From assembly GCA_012862495.1 (NCBI GenBank), contig BLSG01000431.1, positions 1 to 34,320 of the forward strand: 34,320 nucleotides of DNA, in the 5' to 3' direction. Made by a program: the position numbers and the translations under genes. Positions within the stretch are counted from its first letter, which is position 1. Each line of letters starts with the position of its first letter. The notes under the pieces were generated by a model. That model made no database searches. It had not been told where the DNA came from and worked only from the letters and a program-made list of their open reading frames with translations. Shown one piece after another: positions 9,381 to 20,931 of the stretch. The DNA is from Thraustochytrium aureum. Its lineage: Eukaryota.

Positions 9381-10861
9381 ATGGCGCTACGCAGAGCCAC
9401 AGCCGCGTCAAACATGTCGAGGCGCGACACAGGGTCAACTCTGCGGAGGGACACGTCGACGTCCGGGTTCAACAGCAGCACCACGGGAAGCAGCTTCGAA
9501 TCGGGGAGCGCGGCGAGCAGGCGCGACACGCGATGGGAAAGCCTGGCAAACATGGAAGAAGGGGTCGCCGTCGTTGTCGACAACGGGTCCGGGAACTGCA
9601 AGGCAGGGTTCGCNNNNNNNNNNNNNNNNNNNNNNNNNNNNNNNNNNNNNNNNNNNNNNNNNNNNNNNNNNNNNNNNNNNNNNNNNNNNNNNNNNNNNNN
9701 NNNNNNNNNNNNNNNNNNNNNNNNNNNNNNNNNNNNNNNNNNNNNNNNNNNNNNNNNNNNNNNNNNNNNNNNNNNNNNNNNNNNNNNNNNNNNNNNNNNN
9801 NNNNNNNNNNNNNNNNNNNNNNNNNNNNNNNNNNNNNNNNNNNNNNNNNNNNNNNNNNNNNNNNNNNNNNNNNNNNNNNNNNNNNNNNNNNNNNNNNNNN
9901 NNNNNNNNNNNNNNNNNNNNNNNNNNNNNNNNNNNNNNNNNNNNNNNATGGCGTCGTGACCAACTGGGACGACATGGAGCGCGTGTGGCACCACGTGTTT
10001 TACAACGAGCTTCGCATCGAACCCTCCGAGCACCCCATCTTGCTGACCGAGGCGCCGCTCAACCCCAAGGCGAACCGCGAGCGGATGACGCAGATTGTCT
10101 TTGACAACTTTAACGCGCCGTGCTTCAACGTGGTCATCCAGGCCGTCCTGTCGCTCTACGCCTCGGGCCGCACGGTGGGAGCAGTCCTGGACAGCGGCGA
10201 CGGCGTGACGCACACGGTGCCGATCTATGATGGCTTTGTGATCCCGCACGCGATCATGCGCGTCGACATCGCCGGCCGCGACCTCACCGACTACCTGATG
10301 AAGCTTCTCACGGAGCGCGGCTACTCGCTGGCAACAGGCGCAGAGCGCGAGATCGTGCGCGACATCAAGGAGCAGTATTCCTACGCCGCGCTCGACCCGG
10401 TCGACGAAGCTGCCCGCGCCGATATTGACCCGAGCAGCATCGAGTGCGCGTACCGCCTCCCGGACGGCAACGACATCAACATCGGCAAGGAGCGCTTCCA
10501 GGTCGCAGAGTTGCTCTTTGACCCAATGCTAATCGGCGTGGAGGCCGAGGGGATCCACAAGTGCATGGCGCGCTGCATTGACAAGTGCGACGTCAACATG
10601 CGCCGCGACCTGTGGGCCAACATCGTCATGTCGGGTGGGACCACCATGATTGAGGGGCTGGGCGCGCGCCTAACGGTCGAGCTCGAGCGCATCGCCCCAA
10701 GTTCGTGCAAGATCAACGTCATAACTCCACCAGAGCGCAAGTACTCTGTGTGGATCGGCGGGTCGATCTTGGCCTCGCTCGATTCGTTTCAGGCGATGTG
10801 GGTGACTCGCGAGGAGTACCTCGACGGCGGCGCCGCCGTGGTGCATGCCAAGTCGCTCTGA
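9381..10861 (+). CDS. Divergent actin / actin-related protein with ~57-aa N-terminal extension (gap 9614-9947 inside)
   Basis: [80 protein letters not shown] are actin signatures; many substitutions versus conventional actin; ends VHAKSL. Confidence 0.92.
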
Positions 10862-11575
10862 CAGGAGAATGAGGGCACGCGCATTTCCAGCTCGCCAGTG
10901 CGGCGGGTTGTGCAGCGAGGTTGGCCAAGCCGGCTGCTGCTGCAAATGCTGCAAGTGCTGCTGTATAGACCTCAGCCACTCAGGCTGCGGTACCGGTGCT
11001 CATGATCTGACTCTGCGCACCTCCCGCTTGGAGCTGTGGCATTCCTCTGGACGGCAAAAGACCATTTGAAAGCCCGCTTGCGCGAGATCGTCTGCTTTTC
11101 GTGCATCATGACAGAGTTTCGAATCTCAGCATACAGAAACAGACCAGATCGGGCGGAACGCTGCCAGCCCCGGTTGCGCATGGCAGGTCACAAATGGCGC
11201 CTCGCGGACTCGCGATGGACCGGCGTTTCCATGTAGACAGTACCTGGTAGGTACCACAAAAAAGCACAAACATCTGGTCCCGGTACCACAAAAACGTCCA
11301 AGCCTTGAGCCTTTGCCCTTTCTACCAACGAGGCCCCTTGCTGCCAGAGCTCGAGCGGCCAAGCCTGCGCCAAACGAGACATTCCTCGTGCAAGTGCTCT
11401 GTGGTACCTTCCGAGAGAAGCTAGCTACTAGGTGGAGCGATCGAGTGTCTCTCCAGATCCTCCTTGCCCGAAGGTACTCTACAGCAAGTTCTCGGCAGTT
11501 GACGAGCATGTTTGCGAGCACATTGCGCACGGCACAGGCGAGAGACGGCGGATCATGAATCGCGCTCGATCAGCC

Positions 11576-11694
11576 GCTTTCCGCAAGGCTTTCTTTCCCA
11601 TTGCTTTCCGCAAGGCTTTCCGCAAGGCTTTCCGCATCTTCGCCGTCCGGGCCTTGGTTCATAAAATTTGTGCAGCAGCAGCAGCAGCAGCAGC
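11576..11694. repeat. 12-bp repeat (GCTTTCCGCAAG) x~4 followed by (GCA)7-8
   Basis: gctttccgcaag at 11576 and tandem at 11603-11636; gcagcagca... at 11672-11694. Confidence 0.85.
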
Positions 11695-12151
11695 GCAAAT
11701 CTGCGCAAAGCAACTCGGAGACCCGCCCCCTTCCGATAGATGTCCCTTTCGGGACGGGATGCAGGCTGGCAAGGGAGAGGCGTGGCCTGCTTGGAGAAAC
11801 GGCCCTCACGTATGCGAGGTGCCACAAAAACCACCTACGAACAGCCGCCGCGCAGTTGCTCGCCCAGCTCTTTCAAGGAGCCAGGTCACTCCATGTAAGT
11901 AGGGAGTACTCATCATGGCGAGCGCTGAGCATCCAGCAGCCAGCGAGCACTCTCCCCGGCCAAGGGCGGTGCGTGGCAAACGTTAGCTTTGTGCCGCCGT
12001 CCACATCGGACATGATGGTCTTGATCAAGGTGCAGTGCAGCAGGGCACAAACTGGAGCAGGTTGCCGAAGGCCTCGACATGCCTTTCAACGATCAGCAAC
12101 AAGCCGACTTGAACAGGCGGAGAGGGGCCCTCATGCTTGCACAAGTAGGTA

Positions 12152-13638
12152 ATGGCGAAACACTGCAAGCACGCCCACGCATGGATGGTGAAGTACGTGA
12201 AGGGGGTACAGTACAGCCTGCAAGACACTCTCCTCCCACGCTACGAGCGGAGTAGGCACTTCGAGTTGCTCGATCACTCGTTTGAGCGCGCACGCTGCTT
12301 GCAGACAGCTTTCGAAGGTGCACAAGCCAAAGGGAGGGGCACAAATCGCGTTGGGAGCCTCCGCGAGCTCCACGACCCGGTGCGGGGCCGTCATGATTCG
12401 TAGAGTACCAACTCCAGAGTGCTCATCAGGTTGGCGATATCGCATTTGACTCGGCGTCGATCGCGCGCCAAGCCAGACCTTGAACGTCAGACATGGCGAC
12501 CGGCATAGGAAGGCCACTGATGGGTGCAAGGTTCCTGGACGAGACGCCGGCCGGCTCGCTGCACGATGCTGACGCAGAGCGCGAGCATGTGTTGCTCGAC
12601 AGCTGGGAGTGCTTTGAGATGCAGCAGGAGCTGACGCGAAAGGCCGTGCGAGTGCAGGGGGACTGCCGCAAAGCACACTGGGAGATGGCCAACCTCGTCC
12701 ATCAGTCAAACCTCCCAAAGGAGCTTTTNNNNNNNNNNNNNNNNNNNNNNNNNNNNNNNNNNNNNNNNNNNNNNNNNNNNNNNNNNNNNNNNNNNNNNNN
12801 NNNNNNNNNNNNNNNNNNNNNNNNNNNNNNNNNNNNNNNNNNNNNNNNNNNNNNNNNNNNNNNNNNNNNNNNNNNNNNNNNNNNNNNNNNNNNNNNNNNN
12901 NNNNNNNNNNNNNNNNNNNNNNNNNNNNNNNNNNNNNNNNNNNNNNNNNNNNNNNNNNNNNNNNNNNNNNNNNNNNNNNNNNNNNNNNNNNNNNNNNNNN
13001 NNNNNNNNNNNNNNNNNNNNNNNNNNNNNNNNNNNNNNNNNNNNNNNNNNNNNNNNNNNNNNNNNNNNNNNNNNNNNNNNNNNNNNNNNNNNNNNNNNNN
13101 NNNNNNNNNNNNNNNNNNNNNNNNNNNNNNNNNNNNNNNNNNNNNNNNNNNNNNNNNNNNNNNNNNNNNNNNNNNNNNNNNNNNNNNNNNNNNNNNNNNN
13201 NNNNNNNNNNNNNNNNNNNNNNNNNNNNNNNNNNNNNNNNNNNNNNNNNNNNNNNNNNNNNNNNNNNNNNNNNNNNNNNNNNNNNNNNNNNNNNNNNNNN
13301 NNNNNNNNNNNNNNNNNNNNNNNNNNNNNNNNNNNNNNNNNNNNNNNNNNNNNNNNNNNNNNNNNNNNNNNNNNNNNNNNNNNNNNNNNNNNNNNNNNNN
13401 NNNNNNNNNNNNNNNNNNNNNNNNNNNNNNNNNNNNNNNNNNNNNNNNNNNNNNNNNNNNNNNNNNNNNNNNNNNNNNNNNNNNNNNNNNNNNNNNNNNN
13501 NNNNNNNNNNNNNNNNNNNNNNNNNNNNNNNNNNNNNNNNNNNNNNNNNNNNNNNNNNNNNNNNACTTGTTCAGCCGCGCGTGGCTTCGCGAGCGCGGCA
13601 ACGAGGCCCTGCCGAGCCCGGCCGAAAGCGGATCATAA
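12152..13638 (+). pseudogene. Possible degenerate coding sequence or element remnant of unknown family, mostly in gap
   Basis: Protein-like fragments in changing frames (KHAHAWMVKYVKG..., ...LLDSWECFEMQQELTRK...) and a short post-gap ORF ending at TAA 13638; no recognisable motif. Confidence 0.25.
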
Positions 13639-13723
13639 AAAAAAGGAGTTCAATTCGCAATCGAGAAAGGGAAAAGCCAGTGGCTCTAGAGGTCAACACA
13701 GCTTTGCGCACGCGACGGTTGCT

Positions 13724-16700
13724 CTAGTACCCACTAAAGCTGCCTGGCGACGGGGGCGGCGCGGGAGCCGGCCCGCGAGGAGCCCGAATCGAGCTAAAGT
13801 ACGAGCCGCCGCCGCCACCCGCGTACGTCGAATCCTGCTTGGAGCCGTAGTACGACGAGCCGCCGACCTGGTAGTGCGACGTGTTGGCGCCGTTCCGCGT
13901 GTCGTCCTTCGAGAAGGTGTTGTCGGTGACGTCGTGCTTGGAGCGCTGGCTCGGGTCCCGGCAGCCAAAGTACTCGAGCCAGAGCGTGTACGCATCGCTC
14001 TGCGAGCCAAACACGATAAAGATGAGGATGGACTGGCCCATGACCACCACAAAGGTGATCATGAGCGACGCGCGCGGAATACCACCCTGGGTCAAACCAC
14101 AGCCAACGGTGTCGCTCGGGGGGTCGATAAGGCCCGACGCGTCGGCGGCCGCGTTGGTTGCCGGGTCCGGGATCCCCTTAAAGTAGTTGGTGAGGAGGCA
14201 CCGCACCCAGGCCGCGCCCTGGATTTCATAGTCTGACTGGTTGACAGCCACGAGGAGGCGGAACGAGAAGATGTTGAGCCACACAAAGATGAACAGCAGC
14301 ACGAAGAGCATCGGGGTGCGGTACATGCGATACCTCTGCCGAAGCTTGCCGGAGGACGAGGTCCCCTGGAGGTGCGCAGAGCGGTTCGTGTGGCGAATGA
14401 TGACCGCAAGCACGGAGAACATCATGATGGTGCCGGCGAGGAACAGAATGGCGACGTACAGGTAAAAGGAAACCCACTCGACGAAGGGCTCGGTGTCCCC
14501 GTGGATGAGACAGTACGGGGTGGGCTGCCTGTACCCAAGCGAGCGCGTACCCAGCAGCGCCGAGGTGGTCACTGTGGGGAACGCCCATGCAAACATGTGG
14601 TACGCAAACTTTGTCTCCTCCGTGTTGCGCTTGCCCAGAACGAGCTTGCGAAAGAGGTCCACCGATTGGACCGCCCACCACGAGCACTCGGCTGAGGCAA
14701 AAAAGACCAGCCACGTGGCCTGGAACACGCAGACGGAAAAGCCATTCTGCAGAGTGTGGGGCTCCGAGTTGTCAACGCAGAGGGCTGGCTCGGTGGAGCC
14801 CCACCTGCACTCGCTGCGAGGACAAAAAACCCCAGCGAGACGTTGAAGCTGCACAGCGAGAGCCAAAAGGTCATGTACTGCTTGTGCTTCTCCTTGAAAA
14901 ATCCCCAAGTAGCGACCATGAAGAGCGCGCAAACCGACCCGATGCCCGCCAGCACAATCTGCGTCCCGCCAAAGGTGACCATGTTCTCCTCTGTATGCAT
15001 CGAGCCGCGGCACGGGAGCGCGCAGCAAACGTTGGGCAGGGTGGCCCCAAAAGGGTTGTCGGGCACGACCAGAGGCTCGGGGCAAGCGCAGTACTCGTCG
15101 AGAAGCGCCTTGTAGTCCTCCTTGTTATCCTCCTCGTTCGTGTAGAGCGGCTTGGAGATCGTTGGGTTCACCACCTGCGTGACGAAAGCGGCGTCCAGGA
15201 GAGCCACAGGCAAGCCCGTCGCGCTGGCGTACTGTTGAATGATCGGGATTTGCGACGCGCTGGCAAACACCTGCTCTGACTCGGGAAAGTACGGCAGGCC
15301 GTTGAGCGGGTTGGAGCAGTTCCAGATTGACCCATCGGTCAGCTTCTCGGTGCCACAGCTTTGAATGTTGATGACCTCGTCGCAATCTGTGGCGTTGAGC
15401 CCGCTGATCATGCTGCACTCCTCGACGACCCGCTTGCAGATCTTCTTGCTCGAGAAGCGCGGGAGCGCAAACTCAAAGGCGACGCGATTCTCCTCGCGCG
15501 CCTTGGTGGCGTTCTCGCGCTCGCACCCGTTCGGCAAGAGGCACAGCCAGTTGGTCTGCAGCTTCATGAACGCCTTGGAGCAGGCCATCTCCAGAAAAGC
15601 GACGCGGCACTGGGTTGGAATGAACGGCGGCACCGGAGCCGTGCTTGAGGCGAACGACAGCGATAGACAGTCGCGGGCATTGTATCCGTTCCCGGCCGGG
15701 GTCACACAGAGCGGCTCGGCCTCGGGGGTGTTGCCGTACAGAATAGTGCCTTCCCAGCGCGCGGGGCAGGCCTCTTCGTCCCAGTTGTCCGTCGTGAGCT
15801 GCTGCGCGTCAGGGTCGACGCGCTGGGCCAGAGGCGTCTGCCCCGGGAACGATGGGACGTAGTATAGGCCGCGGTAAAGCCCCAGTTTGTGCGACTGGAA
15901 GCACTGCCCCCTCTGCGGCAGCGCTTGGGCGAGCGAGTCGAGCGCAGCGAGATTGTGACGAAGGAGAGCGTCCTTGTCCAGGTTTTCTTCACTTCGCAGT
16001 ATGGGCGAGCAGACCGAGTCACTGGGAACGACATCGTACGTGCGCTGCACAGTGACGCGACCCGCGGGCAGCTCTCCGCACTTGTAGACCTTGCGCAAAT
16101 CGTCACACGTCGTCGCGTTTCCGAACGGGCCGATCCCGCAGTCGGTTGCCCCAGCAATCTTGGACTCGAGCACGACCTGGAGCACTTGTTGGTTTTCTGC
16201 TGGGAAGATCTCAAGCTCGCCGAGAGACGTTGTTTCCTTTCTTCCGCAATCCGGAGCGAAGCCAAACGCGGTAAGAATGTTGACCGTCACCGGCCGCGTG
16301 AAGCACTCGCTGGTGTTGCAGGGGGTGCCAAGCAAGTCTGTGAATTCGGTGGCGAGTTCAGGATAGACTCCGTCAATTTGCTTTTGCAAAAGCAGCGTCG
16401 CAAACAATCCCGAGATCGCAGGGCAGTCCGCCGTCAGCTTGCTTGAGGCCACAGGGTCGTGGCAGGTAGGGCCTCGGCAGGGGAATTTCGGCACCGCGAT
16501 AAAGCAGTAGTTGGTCGTCGGTGTGGTCGGAGGCGGAGGCGGCAACCACTGGCCTTTCACGGCCTCGCAAGTTTGCGCGCCCACCTCGTTCGGCGCGGTT
16601 AGACCGGGGATGCCAAGGTAAAAGGGGTCGACGTACTCGCAGCGTGGAAAGTTCGCCAGGCATGCGGCGCGCTTGAGTGACGCCAGGCACTTCGGTGGCA

Positions 16701-17236
16701 GCAAAAGCAGGATTTTTTCAACCACGCTGTCTTTGCGGATGGACAGCAGAGCGCGGAGCTCGAGCTCCTCCTGCGGCACCAACTCGTCTGCAGCGTAGTA
16801 CTGGTAATCAACGATGCCCGCGCGAAAGCATTGNNNNNNNNNNNNNNNNNNNNNNNNNNNNNNNNNNNNNNNNNNNNNNNNNNNNNNNNNNNNNNNNNNN
16901 NNNNNNNNNNNNNNNNNNNNNNNNNNNNNNNNNNNNNNNNNNNNNNNNNNNNNNNNNNNNNNNNNNNNNNNNNNNNNNNNNNNNNNNNNNNNNNNNNNNN
17001 NNNNNNNNNNNNNNNNNNNNNNNNNNNNNNNNNNNNNNNNNNNNNNNNNNNNNNNNNNNNNNNNNNNNNNNNNNNNNNNNNNNNNNNNNNNNNNNNNNNN
17101 CAACGATGCCCGCGCAGAAAGCATTGCTCCCGTCATTCAGCGTGGTTTGGTACGTCTTGCACGCGCCTTTGGCCTCCCCGGACCCCACCACGGCGGCCAC
17201 GACCGCCGCGACCACGACCACCGCCGCCCCACGCAT
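13724..17236 (-). CDS. Frizzled/Smoothened-like (class F-like) 7TM receptor with signal peptide and two Cys-rich CRD-like modules, ~1,073 aa after correction
   Basis: Signal peptide MRGAAVVVVAAVVAAVVGSGEA. CRD-like CAGIVDY...CLASLKRAACLANFPRC...PKFPC and CRVAFLEMACSKAF...PRFSSKKICKRVVEEC. Linker CPEPL...CCALPC. 7 TM including C..Q..WLVFF....SWWAV and YHMFAWAFP. One frameshift at the C-run 14799-14802 and an apparently false gap 16834-17100. Confidence 0.8.
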
Positions 17237-17483
17237 ATTGGCCGGTCTTATCACCCGCCTAAACGCCGCGCGACCCAGTCCGTCCGCCAGCCAGCCAGCC
17301 AGCCAGCGAGCCAGCGACCAACGCGCGCCACCCTCGCTCCTTCGCCTCCGACTCGTGCAGCTCCCGACGTGCCGGTGCGGGCGCCAAGTGGGTCTGCTGG
17401 GCTCCTGCCTGCCTGCTTGCTTGCTCTCTGCTTGTTTTCTGCGTCTGTGCAATCGCGCGCCCACTGGCAAGGCCTTTGGTTCA

Positions 17484-17692
17484 GAAAAAAAAAAATCCCC
17501 AAAAACAACAAAAACAACAACAAAAACCAACCAAATCCCAAAATACAAACAACAAAAATAGCAACCAAATTACCAAAACACAACTACAAATGAAATACAA
17601 TGAAATACGAGGCCCAAAAGCCGAACGCAGAACAAATCAAAGCAAAAACAAAGCAAAAAATAGCAAAAAATAGCAAAAAATAGCAAAAACAA
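17484..17692. repeat. A-rich low-complexity tract (AAC/AAAT-rich, AAAAAATAGC x3)
   Basis: About 200 bp dominated by A in a GC-rich background. Confidence 0.9.
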
Positions 17693-18475
17693 GGTAGTCG
17701 AATGCCAAAAGCACGGGCGCATACCTGGGCGCAGTCAGTCAGCCAGCCACAGTGAGGCCAGCCTGAGCGCCTTTTTGCAGAGGGCGGTCGCGGATTACAT
17801 GCGCAGAACGGCGGTTTACTTCACCGTCGCGTGTGAGGCAGGCGCCGCCCACGTTCCGGCCAATCCATCCTCGCCCGCGCGCCGCTCCCTCTCGGAGCTG
17901 GAGTGAGAGGAGGGATCGCCCTGCTCTGTCTGTCTGCGAATTGCCTGCAAAGGCAGGATGTGGCACGGGCGCTTCGAGGGTGTTCACAAGCTCGGCGCTC
18001 CTCTGCATCGCCAAAGAGGGGAGCGGGTGCCCCTCGAAGTGCAATTCGTCCGCCGCTGTGAGCCGCCGTGAGATTGTTGGGAGGGGAGAAACGTGTGCGG
18101 AACTCCCCTCCGTGGGAGTGGCGCACGCAAGGCGACTCAGACGCACCTTCTGTGAGGAGCCTCCACCTGGCCCCGCTTTCTGCCGCCAAATCTCCGCCAG
18201 CAGGCAGATCGCAGCGTCGCTGGCATTTATTTAGGTGATTCGGGAGTGTGTCGAGCCCGGCCGTGACATAGCGCGCTTGTGAGCTGAAACGCCGAAGTGA
18301 GCGGAAGGAGCCACCGCTGGATTGCTCTGAGGCGGACGCATGTCGCGCTTTGATGATGGTTGGCGCGAGGGAATGAACTTGTGAAAGTGCCGCCGCCCTC
18401 TGGTTTGCAGGGAAAGAAACGAACCCGTCGATGGCGATTTCTGCGCGCTCGCTCTCCAGCGCTCTCTGTCAAGGA

Positions 18476-18516
18476 TGGGATCGTGGAAGGGATCGGAAGG
18501 GATCGGAAGGGATCGG
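18476..18516. repeat. 10-bp tandem repeat (GGAAGGGATC) x3-4
   Basis: gggatcgtggaagggatcggaagggatcggaagggatcgg. Confidence 0.85.
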
Positions 18517-19103
18517 TTTGGAAGGAAGCGCCGCGAGCCGAACCCGCGTGCTGCGAACCACCGACCACGACTGGACGCATGGCTCCACTCGGCACTACCG
18601 GCGCCTAGTCCTTCGGCACACAGCAACCTCTGTTCTGGGTCCTGGTTTGCCCGAGCCCGGACGAACAGTACGAACAGAGAGGAATAGATCCGTTGCTCGG
18701 CAAGTTGGGTCCGCGCTGCTTGGCGCTTGCTTGGCCGGCGGGCGCGGGGTTGGAAGGCCGTCAGCTGCTTGCGACCGGCGTTGTGCAGCGCGAAGGCCGC
18801 GGCAACGGCGCGGCGCTTGTCGAGGAGCTTAGTCTCGTCGAGCCATCGCGGCGGCGCGTATGGGATGCATCAGAGCACTCGAACAAGGAAGTATGTGTGA
18901 AGCGCGGGATGCTGGCGAGTCGGGGACGGTGAGCACGCAGCAACGGCTACAACAGTTGTTTCTCTCTGCTAGAGCTTGTAGGGAGAAAGGCAGAAATGCG
19001 TGCGGCGACCCGGCAAGCCCACTACTGCTGATTTAGGGGCCAGAGCTGCCCTGCGGCAGAAGCCATTGTGTTTGCTCGCACGGCGGGCGCTCATCAACAC
19101 AGG

Positions 19104-20659
19104 ATGCCCGACGACAGCGAACGAGGTCCTGCGGCAGCAGTCGCGGCGAGCGAGCTGGCCGAGCAAGGCCCTGACTCGCCTGCTGGGAGCGCCGAGACGG
19201 CGGAGGGCGAGGCGCAGGCCTTTGTTGACCAAGACCAGGAGGCGGCAATGGTGAGCGATTCCAGTGAGCCAATTGTGGAGCGTGCCGAGACGAGCGATGC
19301 GGCACCTTTCAACGACCCACCGGACGCNNNNNNNNNNNNNNNNNNNNNNNNNNNNNNNNNNNNNNNNNNNNNNNNNNNNNNNNNNNNNNNNNNNNNNNNN
19401 NNNNNNNNNNNNNNNNNNNNNNNNNNNNNNNNNNNNNNNNNNNNNNNNNNNNNNNNNNNNNNNNNNNNNNNNNNNNNNNNNNNNNNNNNNNNNNNNNNNN
19501 NNNNNNNNNNNNNNNNNNNNNNNNNNNNNNNNNNNNNNNNNNNNNNNNNNNNNNNNNNNNNNNNNNNNNNNNNNNNNNNNNNNNNNNNNNNNNNNNNNNN
19601 NNNNNNNNNNNNNNNNNNNNNNNNNNNNNNNNNNNNNNNNNNNNNNNNNNNNNNNNNNNNNNNNNNNNNNNNNNNNNNNNNNNNNNNNNNNNNNNNNNNN
19701 NNNNNNNNNNNNNNNNNNNNNNNNNNNNNNNNNNNNNNNNNNNNNNNNNNNNNNNNNNNNNNNNNNNNNNNNNNNNNNNNNNNNNNNNNNNNNNNNNNNN
19801 NNNNNNNNNNNNNNNNNNNNNNNNNNNNNNNNNNNNNNNNNNNNNNNNNNNNNNNNNNNNNNNNNNNNNNNNNNNNNNCGCGTTGACGCTCGTCAAGCGC
19901 ATGAAGAAGCAAAAGCGTGCCTGGAGGCGCGCCCGTGAAGCGCGCCAAGCGGCGCAGGAGCAAGCCGAGCGCGAGCAAGAGGAGCTGGAGCGGATGGCCC
20001 AAGAAGAGGAAAAACAGCGCGAGGTGGCCAAGAAGGGCGAGCTCCGCCAGGCCTGGCTTGCCGAGTTGCGAACCAAGCAGGAAGAGCGCAGGGCGGCATT
20101 AAAAGCTACGCTCGTGCCTGCCAAGCGACCCAAGCGGGTGCTCCTCCACGAGCGGCTTGAGCAAGTGTTCAACATGCACGAGCAGGTAGAGCGCGTCAAA
20201 CGCGAGCAGGTGCTCCAAGAGCGGAGGGAGCGCCTCAAGGGCCCCTCCCGCGAGGAGATCGAAGAGCACTTGCAGGCCACGGCTCCAGACAAGCCGCTCC
20301 GCATTCGAGTGCGGCGCTCGAACAGCGAGCTTCGCGCCGACGTCGCGGAGGAGCTGCGCAAGCAACGCGAGGTTCACAACAGGGCGCGCCAGCAGGCTCG
20401 CGAGCGCCTCGCGCGCCGCGTGCACTACGGAGCGAGCGTGCCGAAAGTGCGGGTTGCGGAGCGGCCTGTCCCTCTCCCAATCGAGCAGCCGCGCTTGGCC
20501 AACGCGCCGCTCCCAAGCCCGCGGCCTCCGCGCAACCCGCGCGGGGCCTCGCGCCGCCCGTCCCCCAAGGTGGACAACATCCAGGAGCGGTCATTGCGCG
20601 CAGCAGAGGAGTTGCAGACCAAGATAGACGAGCTCCAGCGTCTATCCACTGTCGCCTGA
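19104..20659 (+). CDS. Hypothetical coiled-coil protein (gap 19328-19878 inside)
   Basis: Acidic N-terminus MPDDSERG...; post-gap E/R/K/Q-rich helical ORF ending TGA 20659; joining across the gap is inferred. Confidence 0.65.
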
Positions 20660-20849
20660 GCAGGCGGCCTGAGCGGGGCGACGGGCGAGCAGCCTGAGTA
20701 GAGTAGGTAAGCAGGCAAGAGTAACCAGCAAGCAAAGTTCACCGGAGCGGGCAGAGCACGGCCGAGGGGCGCTCGCTGGCCAAAGAGCACTGGCTCATCC
20801 AAAAAAAACAAGAAAAAAAACGTTGCACCTCGTCATTGCAATGGGAGGC

Positions 20850-20855
20850 AAAAAA
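20850..20855 (-). terminator. RNA polymerase III terminator (T6) just downstream of tRNA-Ala
   Basis: TTTTTT on the minus strand 4 nt after the discriminator base. Confidence 0.75.
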
Positions 20856-20859
20856 GGAG

Positions 20860-20931
20860 TGGAGATAACCGGGATCGAACCGATGACCTTCTGAATGCAA
20901 ATCAGACGCGTTACCACTACGCCATACCCCC
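20860..20931 (-). tRNA. trnA-UGC: tRNA-Ala (anticodon UGC), intronless
   Basis: GGGGGTA TG GCGT AGTGGTA ACGC G TCTGA TT TGC AT TCAGA AGGTC ATCGG TTCGATC CCGGT TATCTCC A folds as a cloverleaf; G3:U70 alanine identity pair; A discriminator. Confidence 0.96.

Noticed and set aside
10847..10861. Peroxisomal PTS1 on the actin (ends AKSL)
   Set aside because: The terminal tripeptide KSL does not fit the [SAC][KRH][LM] consensus
17700..19050. Short ORFs between the Frizzled-like and coiled-coil genes
   Set aside because: No motif, mostly non-ATG starts, no typical codon bias; treated as intergenic
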